Positions 37,873-47,521 of a DNA stretch of 64,000 nucleotides are shown here, in pieces. Under the pieces are notes generated by a model. The model saw only the letters and a list, made by a program, of their open reading frames with translations, made no database searches and was not told the DNA's origin. Each line of letters begins with the position of its first letter. Position 1 is the first letter of the stretch. Source of the stretch: a virus. Taxonomy: Duplodnaviria > Caudoviricetes. Location: IMG/VR virus record IMGVR_UViG_3300021368_000002; one strand, written 5' to 3'. The position numbers and the translations under genes were made by a program.

Positions 37873-38222
37873 TGAGTAGGCCCTCCACTATAGGGTGCGA
37901 AATTTTTTCCTGTCATTAACATACAGCCTATTCCATCACCAAAAATCTGCATTACCGAAAATGTTCCTGTGTCTTGATTGGTAAAGAAAAATAATCCTCC
38001 CGTCATCATTTGGCCACTTCGTGCTTCAAAAGTAACCCCGTCGCCAAAAAACAAAAGTTCTTCACCATATTTTTCTGTTACCAGTGTCATCATTTCCGGT
38101 GCATAGTCACACGCTGAACGTGTGAAATAAAATCTCTCTTGGGGTTGGGTTTCTTGGGCTATACTTTGAGCTCCAAACACAACCGCAAGCAGAAAAAATG
38201 CAACCGCGGTTAGTTTGGTCAT
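37869..38222 (-). CDS. Secreted hypothetical protein
   Basis: Signal peptide; two Cys; FTNQDTGTFS segment. Confidence 0.55.
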   Translation of the reverse strand: MTKLTAVAFFLLAVVFGAQSIAQETQPQERFYFTRSACDYAPEMMTLVTEKYGEELLFFGDGVTFEARSGQMMTGGLFFFTNQDTGTFSVMQIFGDGIGCMLMTGKNFAPYSGGPTQ

Positions 38223-38348
38223 ATCCGTTCTCCTATCTGTTCAGATACTCCAAATAGTTTTGAGCCACAAGCTGATCTATTTTGTCTTGTAACTTTCGCC
38301 ACTCCTTGGAGTCTTCAGCATAACGGCTTTGATCCTGTCTAAGCATTT

Positions 38349-38900
38349 TTAGAACCAGGCTGATATTGTTTCCTTCGTGCATTGTTCTAACGCCTTTTCC
38401 CATTGTTTTTCACCATCATACTGAAATACTATAGCACGGTCTGCTGGCATTGTCAACCACCCATTGTAATTTTGATAAGGAAAAGTTCCGTTTATCTCTG
38501 CTTGGAGCTGACCCTTAGACCATACTGCTAATCCTGTGAACACTCTATACTGTCTTGGAGCGTTACCAGTGCCTATTTTTTCTATCATAAATTCATCACT
38601 ACTAGCGGCTAGGCCCCGCTGTAGCAGGTAGGTATTACCACTATACCAATCATCTTCATGCACCAATGTGACGGCTTGCCCATTTACAGGCCCACCACAA
38701 TGTATCACTTCGTCTGTGATTGCAGGGCAACCTTTAGATTCTAAAAAACTCTGGAATGGAAAATTACTAGGTTTATTTAATACTACACCAACGCTGCCAT
38801 TATCAGCGTCTTCAATCATTAACACCACAGACCGGGTAAACATCCTATCTTTTAGATTAGGATGTGCGATTAGTAGATAGCCTTGGAGACTTTTTGACAT
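38349..38900 (-). CDS. YqgE/AlgH (DUF179) family protein
   Basis: LLIAHP.L.D..F.RSVVL, GSVGVVLNKP, GGPV and GLAVWSKGQLQAEI motifs. Confidence 0.9.
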   Translation of the reverse strand: MSKSLQGYLLIAHPNLKDRMFTRSVVLMIEDADNGSVGVVLNKPSNFPFQSFLESKGCPAITDEVIHCGGPVNGQAVTLVHEDDWYSGNTYLLQRGLAASSDEFMIEKIGTGNAPRQYRVFTGLAVWSKGQLQAEINGTFPYQNYNGWLTMPADRAIVFQYDGEKQWEKALEQCTKETISAWF

Positions 38901-38908
38901 AATATCTC

Positions 38909-39184
38909 CTAACTGTAATCCGGTAAAGGTCCGCCGTGAGCTTTTCCTTTAATCTTTTTACCACCAACCTTAATTCTTCTCTTGCCTACCTTATGACTTT
39001 TATTGCCACTACGGGTTCTAAGGCCTTGGCTTTTACAACTAGCCAACGCTGAGGCTCCTAATTTAGAATTAGGTTTGGAAGAACGACAAAGCTCTTTAGA
39101 GGCTTGCCATTCTTCAATATCTTCGACTAATGTTAATAATTCATCTATTCTCATGCTATCTGTATTTATCCGCAGGATTATCAA
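38909..39184 (-). CDS. Basic protein with capsid-targeting-like N-terminus
   Basis: Likely start MRIDELLTLVE (39154) behind an ATAAATAC box. Confidence 0.5.
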   Translation of the reverse strand: MIILRINTDSMRIDELLTLVEDIEEWQASKELCRSSKPNSKLGASALASCKSQGLRTRSGNKSHKVGKRRIKVGGKKIKGKAHGGPLPDYS

Positions 39185-39371
39185 AATCCGTGTCGGCTGA
39201 TTCGCATAATCTGAAAGTCAGCGCCTTTCGAGGTCCCCTGGTTGTATTGATATTGATCTCTCCTGATTTCTCATGGAATTCTATTTTCGTGATTTTAGCT
39301 CTATCATTTTTTGGTCCGACAAGTATCTCTTGTCCTAACTCTAGGTTAAGATTGATATTCTTCAATGTCAT
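39156..39371 (-). CDS. Small SH3-like hypothetical protein
   Basis: 71 aa ORF with GQEILVG..AKITKIE segment. Confidence 0.5.
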   Translation of the reverse strand: MTLKNINLNLELGQEILVGPKNDRAKITKIEFHEKSGEININTTRGPRKALTFRLCESADTDFDNPADKYR

Positions 39372-39499
39372 GGGATTCTCCTTTTCGACTCAAAGGGCTG
39401 AGGCCTTCAAAGTATTTATTTTTCCAAAACAGGTTGACAATCTGTAGAGACTATAGTATATTGTATAGACAATGAGGCAACGAACTGAGGGGTTCAAAC

Positions 39500-39772
39500 A
39501 TGAAAACACTTAAACAATATATCAACGACAACAACCGTTGGATCGCAATTTTTGGCAATCCGCAGATGTCGTTTCCATTATCGCAAAAAGATGTAGATGA
39601 ACTGGCACAGACACTAGACAGCAACCTGTCTCCAGAAAATTTACATTGCGATGGTGAGATTTCGGTTGCAGAAGCAAATCGTAAATATCGCTTCTATGCA
39701 ACGGTAGCCGCAGAGCTTGAGGCATACTGCCGTTCAAACTCGCTTGCAATGCCAACCATTTACGAACTTTAA
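39500..39772 (+). CDS. Early hypothetical protein
   Basis: Promoter and GAGGG leader; LSPENLHCDGE motif. Confidence 0.65.
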   Translation: MKTLKQYINDNNRWIAIFGNPQMSFPLSQKDVDELAQTLDSNLSPENLHCDGEISVAEANRKYRFYATVAAELEAYCRSNSLAMPTIYEL

Positions 39773-39783
39773 GAGGGACTGAT

Positions 39784-40116
39784 ATGTATTACATCTACGA
39801 ACAATCGACTACCTATATCATTGGCAAGCCAGACCGCAATGGTGTGGCTCGTCCAGATCATCGTCAGAGCTATAAAACAATGGCGGCGGCCAAAGCCGGG
39901 CTCACACGAATTGCAAAGGCGGAAGGCTTGTTGAAGACAGATCCTAACCATGCTGAGTATCGTTATGCGATAGCAGAAGCAGATTATTTCCATAAGAACA
40001 TTGAGAAGCAGGTGAAGCGAAAGGTGCTTGAAGGCTTTGGTGGCAAGGAGTTTATGGAACCTATCAACACCCCTTCCTATATGTCACCGTCAAGTGAATC
40101 ATATTGGAGTATGTGA
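39784..40116 (+). CDS. Early hypothetical protein
   Basis: RBS present; C-terminal TPSYMSPSSESYWSM. Confidence 0.65.
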   Translation: MYYIYEQSTTYIIGKPDRNGVARPDHRQSYKTMAAAKAGLTRIAKAEGLLKTDPNHAEYRYAIAEADYFHKNIEKQVKRKVLEGFGGKEFMEPINTPSYMSPSSESYWSM

Positions 40117-40642
40117 TATGGGAATGAAAATTACAGATTTTGTCCACGATGGTTTTTGCAAGATTGCTGATGTAAGATGGCATCCATGCGAACAAAGAAT
40201 TAGAGAGGGTAAATGGACTTTGGTAAACACAAACGACCTACTCCTCTTTTCAGAGCATGATAGTTGGATCTATTGTATTGTAGAAGGCGACATCATTAAG
40301 AAACTTGGCGAAACAGGTAACCCCTTAGGCGTGCAGAACAAAGATGGATCTTTGGCTACAGGCACCCAGGGCAGACTAGGACGTCTTTGTTCTATGGGCA
40401 GTATCAACTCCGACACCACCGACACCGACACCCGTATTAGATATGAATTGCAAGATTCTATAGATGCAGAGGTTGTATCTATTTGGGCCAAACCATGTGA
40501 GATTGTATATACTACAGTTTCGTTCCATGGACAGGAAAAACAAGTCAAGCTCACCACCCATAAGGATTTAGAAAGAGTGATGCTGGATCATATCTATGCT
40601 GAAACAGGAACATATCCTGATCTAAACAAAGGCAGAAAGTAA
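40028..40642 (+). CDS. GIY-YIG-like protein
   Basis: WIYCIV..DIIKKLGET pattern; true start probably near 40097. Confidence 0.45.
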   Translation: MKALVARSLWNLSTPLPICHRQVNHIGVCDMGMKITDFVHDGFCKIADVRWHPCEQRIREGKWTLVNTNDLLLFSEHDSWIYCIVEGDIIKKLGETGNPLGVQNKDGSLATGTQGRLGRLCSMGSINSDTTDTDTRIRYELQDSIDAEVVSIWAKPCEIVYTTVSFHGQEKQVKLTTHKDLERVMLDHIYAETGTYPDLNKGRK

Positions 40643-40718
40643 CCAAAAGAGGTTGACATTTGCTAGTGTCGACCTTATTATGTATGTATAAGTTGAAACA
40701 ACAGACAAGAGGGTAACA

Positions 40719-40994
40719 ATGTCTAATTCAGTAACAAAAGCCGTCCAAGAGATTTACAAAATGGACAACGATCAGCTCAACCAAGTCGTTGAAGCGATTA
40801 AACTTCGTAGAACTTATTTGACTCGTGAGGCAGCTCGGTCTTTCCGAACAGGACAGATTGTGTCGTTTACATCTCGCACAGGTGGCAAAATTACAGGTTC
40901 TATTCAAAAGGTCAACCGTAAGTATATTATCGTTGATGCCCATGTAGGTGGCACACGATACAAGGTGCCTGCGTCAATGCTGGAGACTGTATAA
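40719..40994 (+). CDS. Early SH3-like hypothetical protein
   Basis: Promoter and GAGGG leader; GQIVSF..G.IQKVNRKYIIV segment. Confidence 0.65.
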   Translation: MSNSVTKAVQEIYKMDNDQLNQVVEAIKLRRTYLTREAARSFRTGQIVSFTSRTGGKITGSIQKVNRKYIIVDAHVGGTRYKVPASMLETV

Positions 40995-41194
40995 TGTTAG
41001 CCTATTGCGATTACATTGCAGACACTATCAAGCGATCATTTAATAATGACAAGCCTGATAATATGATTAAAAGTGTAGGTCCTATTCAAATGGACCTACA
41101 TCCAACCGAAGGGTATTTCCTGTCTACCAAAAAGACGATGAGCATGACAGACATGAACGGAAAGACCTATATGATTACAATAGAGGAGGCGTAA
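40994..41194 (+). CDS. Early hypothetical protein
   Basis: Translationally coupled ORF. Confidence 0.55.
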   Translation: MLAYCDYIADTIKRSFNNDKPDNMIKSVGPIQMDLHPTEGYFLSTKKTMSMTDMNGKTYMITIEEA

Positions 41195-41359
41195 ATGAAC
41201 GAACTTGTTGAAATGATCGAAGACCTTGAAACGATCTCTACCATGACCATGCACCCTGCATTGGAAGAAACAATCGAACGCATCACCCAGAAGTATGAAC
41301 AGCGTTTGGCTGATGCAGAAGCAGATCTTGAACGCCAATACGAGATGGACTTTGCTTAA
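41195..41359 (+). CDS. 54-aa acidic coiled-coil protein (below cutoff)
   Basis: GGAGG SD; MNELVEMIEDLE...RQYEMDFA*. Confidence 0.55.
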   Translation: MNELVEMIEDLETISTMTMHPALEETIERITQKYEQRLADAEADLERQYEMDFA

Positions 41360-42002
41360 TCCTAACACCATAACAGGGAGGTATCTTGCATTCTACCAAG
41401 ACCTCCTTGAACATTGCGACACCTGCGTAGGTGAAGCATTGGGTTCCAATCAGCCAGCGGCTCGTGCTAAAGATTTGAGAAACAGAGGCTATGTTTTTAA
41501 GAAGCACGGCAACCAATATGTTCGCTCAGTGTTCTGCGAAACCTGTGGCAAGTCTACTCCACATCGTCAATTGGAAAGTGCCGAGCCGGTCAATGCTGCC
41601 ATACACAGAGCAGGATGGAGCGCCAAGTTCGTCAAGCGAGTAAAAAAGGTCCTTTCCAACTACGATGAAATAGAACGGCGGACACTCAACCCTGCCCAAC
41701 TAGAAATTGATCACCGTGTTCCCCATATCCGATTTGAAGAAAGTGAACAGCTCGACGAAGCGACAATCACGGACAATGAAATCCGTGAACGGTATATGCT
41801 CCTCAAGCGAGACAATAACCTGCTCAAAAGTCGTGCCTGCGAAAGATGCGAACGAGACGGAAAGAGACAGCCTAGTCGCGATGGTGTCCAGTTCTTTTAC
41901 GAAGGCTCAGATGTATTCACAGGATCTTGTGTAGGGTGCTATTGGCACAATCCAAGTCTCTGGACAGAAAAACTTAATCAAAATCTCTTGACAAATGCCT
42001 AG
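41295..42002 (+). CDS. HNH endonuclease with N-terminal HTH (KpnI-like architecture)
   Basis: QPAARAKDLRNRGY; LEIDHRVP..NNLLKSRACERC; terminal C..CYW. Confidence 0.7.
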   Translation: MNSVWLMQKQILNANTRWTLLNPNTITGRYLAFYQDLLEHCDTCVGEALGSNQPAARAKDLRNRGYVFKKHGNQYVRSVFCETCGKSTPHRQLESAEPVNAAIHRAGWSAKFVKRVKKVLSNYDEIERRTLNPAQLEIDHRVPHIRFEESEQLDEATITDNEIRERYMLLKRDNNLLKSRACERCERDGKRQPSRDGVQFFYEGSDVFTGSCVGCYWHNPSLWTEKLNQNLLTNA

Positions 42003-42050
42003 ACTGACGCTATATTGTATGTATAGTTAGAAACAACGGAGGGCAATCCA

Positions 42051-42269
42051 ATGGCAACAGATTTGAAAAGCACCACAGAAGATGTTAGTTTGACTCGCTT
42101 CTGGGGTGGCAAAGACCGCGGAACTTGTGTTCAAGTCACAACCACATACACCGCTCGTAGAGAAGACTTCTTCAAACATATATCGTTGACTCGAGAACAG
42201 GCTCGTTCTGTTGCTGAGGATTTGATGGCATTTGCTGAAGGTAATGAAGAGGCAGACTATTCATTATGA
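42051..42269 (+). CDS. Early hypothetical protein
   Basis: Promoter and GAGGGC leader. Confidence 0.65.
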   Translation: MATDLKSTTEDVSLTRFWGGKDRGTCVQVTTTYTARREDFFKHISLTREQARSVAEDLMAFAEGNEEADYSL

Positions 42270-42405
42270 TTTATGTGGTTAAGGACTCAAAAGGCAATAC
42301 GGTAGCACTCTGCTCAGATATAAAAGACGCTGAAGCATATCTAAAGAGTGCTGCCGTTGATAAAACAACCTACACGATTGAAACAATAAAAAACAAGGAA
42401 GAAAA

Positions 42406-42807
42406 ATGACCCATACCTTTTTCGAAAAAAATTCAAACTATATTGTAGAAGAACAATTCGACTCCGAACCGTTCATCGTCGAAGTGTCATGGGCACCAGA
42501 CTCAACCCAACTGGAGTTGGTATTTGATCCTTCAGAAGACTATTTCGAAGAGCTCCAGGAAAAGATCCGTGATGGTGTTTGGGAGCATTTCATCCTTAAA
42601 GTGGCTGTCTATTATGATGGACTGGAAGTAGGCAGTTCCTATCTGGGATCTATCGTTGCAGAATCACCTGCAGATTATATCAAAGACGATCCAGACAATC
42701 ATGTAGACGAAATGGTCAGAGAAGCACTCGACGAAGCCCAGAACGAATGTCTTAAACGATTAGACCGTTTGAAAGAAGATTTCCTAGGATTGTCCATTAC
42801 TGGTTGA
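42406..42807 (+). CDS. Early acidic hypothetical protein
   Basis: AGGA SD; 133 aa. Confidence 0.6.
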   Translation: MTHTFFEKNSNYIVEEQFDSEPFIVEVSWAPDSTQLELVFDPSEDYFEELQEKIRDGVWEHFILKVAVYYDGLEVGSSYLGSIVAESPADYIKDDPDNHVDEMVREALDEAQNECLKRLDRLKEDFLGLSITG

Positions 42808-42864
42808 CACGAGTGTGATCAGAATGTATTATTAGGGTATAGTTAGAAACAACGGAGGGCTCCG

Positions 42865-43149
42865 ATGGCTTATTACACCTACACTCAAAAACCAATTGGT
42901 GTTTTTGTAGAAAAAGACACTGGCAATTATTTTGAATATTCGGTTAATGACGAGCCCTATTCAAACCCACTTGCTGAGGACTTTCCACACAAGGTATGGG
43001 TAGGTGGAGGAGGTGTTGCTGGCATGACTGGCTGGCGCTTTGCCCATGTTCGCAAGACTGTGGCAACTATAGTCGTAGACGAAGATGAGTATGGTCTACC
43101 TGTTGTAGAGAAATGGTATTTGAAATCCAATAAGGAGTATGCGGTATGA
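42865..43149 (+). CDS. Early hypothetical protein
   Basis: Promoter and GAGGGC leader. Confidence 0.65.
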   Translation: MAYYTYTQKPIGVFVEKDTGNYFEYSVNDEPYSNPLAEDFPHKVWVGGGGVAGMTGWRFAHVRKTVATIVVDEDEYGLPVVEKWYLKSNKEYAV

Positions 43150-43418
43150 GATTTGATAATCTCGTGTTTTTCGGATCGCCTGAAGGCATCAAAAGAGCAA
43201 AGGTTCAGTTCGGCAAGTATGAACTGAGTGTGATACAGGAGCCCAAAAAGAACTCCTATGAAATCGCAATCTTTGACGAACAAGGAAGTTTCGTTCAGCT
43301 CCCTGGTATCCATAGAATCCCTGTGGATGATAGAGACTTCGTAGACGATGTGATCCCTTATCTTCAACCCGAGGCTGTTTCGGCAATCATGCTCAAGTTG
43401 GCATCCATTTCAGGTTGA
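43146..43418 (+). CDS. Early hypothetical protein
   Basis: Coupled ORF with AAGGAG SD. Confidence 0.6.
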   Translation: MRFDNLVFFGSPEGIKRAKVQFGKYELSVIQEPKKNSYEIAIFDEQGSFVQLPGIHRIPVDDRDFVDDVIPYLQPEAVSAIMLKLASISG

Positions 43419-43488
43419 CAATACAAAAATAGATGTTATAGTAAGAGTATAGTTAGAAACAACAAAACGCCTTAGGAGGGCTCCACAA

Positions 43489-43944
43489 ATGGCAACTCGT
43501 TCAAATATCGCTTACAAAACCGCAGAAGGCAAAATCCGTTCAGTGTATTGTCACTGGGATGGCTACCCTGCTCACAATGGTGAAATGCTCACTCGTCACT
43601 ATAGCGAACTAGACAAGGTGCGTCAGTTGATTGCACTAGGTTCTATCTCGTCTTTGCGTGAGGAGATCGGCGACAAGCAGGACTTTGATGATCGTTCGAC
43701 ACAGAATGACGCATGGACACTTGCCTATCACAGAGATCGCGGCGAGCAATTGAGCATCCAAGAATATGATGATGTTCCCAGCTGGATCGAAGACATGGAG
43801 GAGTATGCCTATCTTTGGACGGAAAACGGTTGGTTGGTAAACGACCACGGTGCAAAAGATGCCAACGGCTTTCCTATCTTCGACTATGTTGAAACGGTAG
43901 TCACAGATGAGATGCGAAAGCAGATTGGATGGGATAACGAATAA
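43489..43944 (+). CDS. Conserved-type phage hypothetical protein
   Basis: MATRSNI..SVYCHWDGYP..G..L..HY and YAYLW motifs. Confidence 0.7.
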   Translation: MATRSNIAYKTAEGKIRSVYCHWDGYPAHNGEMLTRHYSELDKVRQLIALGSISSLREEIGDKQDFDDRSTQNDAWTLAYHRDRGEQLSIQEYDDVPSWIEDMEEYAYLWTENGWLVNDHGAKDANGFPIFDYVETVVTDEMRKQIGWDNE

Positions 43945-44175
43945 TGACAGAGATGCATATGGCGTGGGATGCCTTACAAGCCCTTCTTATCGTAGGATTC
44001 ACAATCGGTGTGGTTTGTGCAGTGATATTCGCTGCCATTAGACTGGGCTGGCAACTAGCCCCTTGGCTGTTTATTGGTGCATTTATCGTATGGTTTTTCA
44101 ATCAAATCACTTGACATTACGTCTAGAGATGTTATTATATATGTATAGTTAGAAACAAGGCAATGGAGGGTAACA

Positions 44176-44730
44176 ATGCCAAACTGGTGTAACAACACAA
44201 TCACAATCAAAGGTTCAACTGAAACTGTAAAGGCTCTTTGGGACCAAGCCACACAAGAAGACTCAGGTTTGCTGGATGCAATGATTCCTATGCCTGAAGC
44301 ACTCAAAGGCACTACTTCACCTGATCCTCAGCCAGGACAAGCCAATTACAAAGGTCCACAGCCTGTGGTTGATGGCTTCACTAATTGGTATGATTGGGCT
44401 ATCAAGAACTGGGGCGTCAAGTGGGATGTTTCAACCGAAGGGCTTGAGTATGAAGATCTAGGTGACGGCACTGCCTCTATCACAGGCTGGTTTGATTCGC
44501 CTTGGGGACCTCCTATTGAAGCCATGCAGAAGTTCGCAGACGATATGGACGGTGCCTATGTCGAACTGTTCTATCACGAGCCAGGCATGGCATTCGTAGG
44601 CTGTTGGGACTCAGAAGGTGGAGATGACTATTATGAATATGCCTCTGCTGATGACATTCCCGATTACCTAGACGAAGCCTTTGGCATCTCAGAAGATCTT
44701 GCGATGTGGGCAGAAGAGGAGACAGCGTAA
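44176..44730 (+). CDS. YubB/Api92-like ferredoxin-fold (DUF1281-like) protein
   Basis: MPNWCNN, WYDWAIKNWGVKWD, FDSPWGPP and YHEPGMAF motifs. Confidence 0.75.
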   Translation: MPNWCNNTITIKGSTETVKALWDQATQEDSGLLDAMIPMPEALKGTTSPDPQPGQANYKGPQPVVDGFTNWYDWAIKNWGVKWDVSTEGLEYEDLGDGTASITGWFDSPWGPPIEAMQKFADDMDGAYVELFYHEPGMAFVGCWDSEGGDDYYEYASADDIPDYLDEAFGISEDLAMWAEEETA

Positions 44731-44894
44731 TGGATGCGGTATTGTTTGAAGACGTGGATCCAATGGAACTGGTATTAGAAGCAGTAGAGGACGCACTCAA
44801 AGGTCAGTGCGCCTCGTTTGAAATCATGAGTATTGATGGCGATGACACGGGCTTGACCTTTACTGTCTCTGCAGAATACAAGGAGAACTCTTAA
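44706..44894 (+). CDS. Early hypothetical protein
   Basis: Coupled ORF. Confidence 0.5.
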   Translation: MGRRGDSVMDAVLFEDVDPMELVLEAVEDALKGQCASFEIMSIDGDDTGLTFTVSAEYKENS

Positions 44895-45139
44895 TGGTAA
44901 TGAGCCTGCGTGAAACTTTCAAAAGCCCCGGCGTAAAAGCTCGCTGGGTCTGCGTGTATGAGAATGCACCTATGACGGTTCATGCTACCAAAGAAGATGC
45001 AATGAACCAATTGATCCGTGAACACAATCCTGCGATTCGTGTAACTGATCCTAGAGGCGTGACACGGGTGACCATAGACGAGCATCGATCGTTCGTATAT
45101 CACACCCACGAACCGGAGGCAGATGATGGGACCGTATAG
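44894..45139 (+). CDS. Early hypothetical protein
   Basis: AGGAG SD. Confidence 0.55.
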   Translation: MVMSLRETFKSPGVKARWVCVYENAPMTVHATKEDAMNQLIREHNPAIRVTDPRGVTRVTIDEHRSFVYHTHEPEADDGTV

Positions 45140-45335
45140 CGAAGAAACACAATATCGCAGAGCTCAGAGCATCTGCAACCTGTTGGAGCGATCGCCTGAT
45201 CTGCCCGCAGAAACTAGAGCTATTTGGCAGAATCACCTCGCCAATCTCGCTAGAAACGAAACCACTTACAATTGGCGAGTGAAAGAAATCTATTCTAAAC
45301 TAACAAGGAGGCCTTTGATCCAATGGGACGAGTAA
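45123..45335 (+). CDS. Early hypothetical protein
   Basis: Coupled ORF. Confidence 0.5.
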   Translation: MMGPYSEETQYRRAQSICNLLERSPDLPAETRAIWQNHLANLARNETTYNWRVKEIYSKLTRRPLIQWDE

Positions 45336-45508
45336 ACGACTGGACACTTGGTATGGAAGAAGATGCGAGCTGGATGAGCAGAGACGTGTTCGTTCGAGTG
45401 TATGGCATCCGTCAACAAGACATCTGGGAACGGATTAACAACCCTGAGGACTACTACGAACCAGAGCCTGACTTTGAAGCAATGGAAGAAGGTTTCTATG
45501 GCTCGTAA
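45323..45508 (+). CDS. Early hypothetical protein
   Basis: AGGAGG SD. Confidence 0.55.
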   Translation: MGRVNDWTLGMEEDASWMSRDVFVRVYGIRQQDIWERINNPEDYYEPEPDFEAMEEGFYGS

Positions 45509-45722
45509 GTTCGCAAAAAGATATTTGAAGCCTACAGTATTTGATCCCAAGGATCATTGGATGGTAGGCATTGAATGGCCCGTGCAAGGTTCCAAAGGCA
45601 ATGAATATCTAGTGACCTTGCACGACCAAGGCTTTGAATGTGAATGCACAGGATTCCAATTCCACGGTGCTTGCAAGCATAGCAAAGCCGTTCTCGCTCA
45701 AGTAGAAGGAGCAATGACATGA
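45402..45722 (+). CDS. SWIM zinc-finger protein
   Basis: GSKGNEY.V..CECTGFQFHGACKH (CxC..CKH); true start probably MARKF. Confidence 0.8.
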   Translation: MASVNKTSGNGLTTLRTTTNQSLTLKQWKKVSMARKFAKRYLKPTVFDPKDHWMVGIEWPVQGSKGNEYLVTLHDQGFECECTGFQFHGACKHSKAVLAQVEGAMT

Positions 45723-45928
45723 GCAAACCTAAACAGTTTAAGGGCCGGGTCTACACCTATTCACAGCCCTACACAACCTACAATACCTTTCCTAACTCTG
45801 CACCATTCACCAAACAGGAGATGCAGACACAACAGGAATTAGGTCGTTGGAAAACAATCGACTCAATCGTAGATAAGATGGATGAGTTCCCTGAAGTTGA
45901 GAGGTTGCTGGCCCAAATAGTGCGATAG
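45719..45928 (+). CDS. Early hypothetical protein
   Basis: Coupled ORF. Confidence 0.5.
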   Translation: MSKPKQFKGRVYTYSQPYTTYNTFPNSAPFTKQEMQTQQELGRWKTIDSIVDKMDEFPEVERLLAQIVR

Positions 45929-45953
45929 CACCTGCGGTTCTAAAAAAAATTTT

Positions 45954-46247
45954 ATGAGCATTGTATACGATATAGATGATGAAACACGGCAATACCTAGA
46001 GGCAGCTCTTAACTGTCTTGTTCATGTAGCAGATTGCCAAATACAAGATGCAGACGCAGAAGCTCTTTATCACATAGGTGACACACTAGCAGATAGATTC
46101 GGCATTGAAAAGATAGATGTTGAAACCGTGCAGGGCACTGACGAGAATGGTGAAGAGGTTACTGTGATCAGAGAACGCAAGCGACCTTCAAAAGGATTGA
46201 GTTGGAGTATTAGCCACGAAGATCCAGATGATATGAACGAAGATTAA
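45954..46247 (+). CDS. Acidic hypothetical protein
   Basis: 97 aa ORF. Confidence 0.5.
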   Translation: MSIVYDIDDETRQYLEAALNCLVHVADCQIQDADAEALYHIGDTLADRFGIEKIDVETVQGTDENGEEVTVIRERKRPSKGLSWSISHEDPDDMNED

Positions 46248-47228
46248 CACACCACGAGGCCCCGCTGTTAGAACCTAGATTACCTACACGACCTACAGGC
46301 CCCGCTGTATGGTCTCTGCGATCTGCGATAAATATCTTTCACATGGCACATGAACGAGATTTTGCAGACGAAACAGACGATCCTTGCGATCACATACCTA
46401 TCGAACGACTGTTGTTATGGTATACGTCAAATGAGCCACATCCTGAATACCCCAAGCAAATAGAAACACGAGATACTGAAGGCGATGCCCTATGATCTCA
46501 GTAGTAGAGAAACAGAATCGTAACCGTAAAACCTATTGGGTGGTAGAGCGGAACGGTAGTATATTGCTTATCACACACTCAAAAAGCATTGCCCAAGACT
46601 ATGCAGATAAACTACGAGCCAACACTAGAGACTAGTGTGAGTGCGAGTATAGTTAGAGTGAAAAACGGTGAAAAGTATTTGAACTATGCCTCTCGTCACC
46701 TTCCGTGACTCGAAAAAATTCACACTTAGAACCGTAGAGAACCGTGATTGTTGGATGGTTTTCTGCACACTAGCCACCATTTAACCACCATTGCAGGGCC
46801 CTTAAAACCGTCTTAAAAGGCGAGTTTGACCTTGGTCCACGGCTCGCAGGGAGAGGTGGTTTGAGGGGCCTCCGGCCCCACTTTGCCCCTACTCTACTAC
46901 TACAGTTTCAACCTACTCTGTCGCTAGTAGTGTTTCAACCTAAGACTCTGATTCTGCACATTTTTTCCACTCTTTGCTAGCCGTATATTATACACTCTCT
47001 ACACTATATAAGCAAGTTAAAAGACACATTAACTATACGATGTAACCTACTGTTATTATTAGACTTTTTCCTAAGTATTTGATTTTATTGGATTTTTTCT
47101 CGCGGCCATCGTGGTCTTTCGTTCTTTAGGTGTCGTTCGTTCTTTTTGCGATTTTGGATAAAAAGAGGTTGACAGGTGTGTAGGCAGGTGCTATAGTGTA
47201 TGTATAGTTAGAAATTAGGAGGGCACCT

Positions 47229-47444
47229 ATGCAATACGGAATGTTTACTAAAGAAGGCGATGCGAAAGTCCACAAGTTGGTCCTGCAAGCGAGGCAGTAT
47301 GCGGATTTGGATGGACCGATTAATCCTGTAGAGCAGGCGTGGAATTGGTTGCTAAACGAGCTCCATGCACTAGGCGAGGATCCGGCTTTTGAAGAGGCGA
47401 CCGACACAGCCGTTAGAGAGGCCTGTTACGACAGGCTAATTTAA
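47229..47444 (+). CDS. Early hypothetical protein
   Basis: Promoter and GAGGGC leader; GMFTKEGD and ATDTAVRE segments. Confidence 0.65.
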   Translation: MQYGMFTKEGDAKVHKLVLQARQYADLDGPINPVEQAWNWLLNELHALGEDPAFEEATDTAVREACYDRLI

Positions 47445-47521
47445 TCGCCAAAAGAGGTTGACACTATAGCGAACAGGTGCTATAGTGTATGTATAGTTAG
47501 AAACGCAGAGAGGGCACAATC

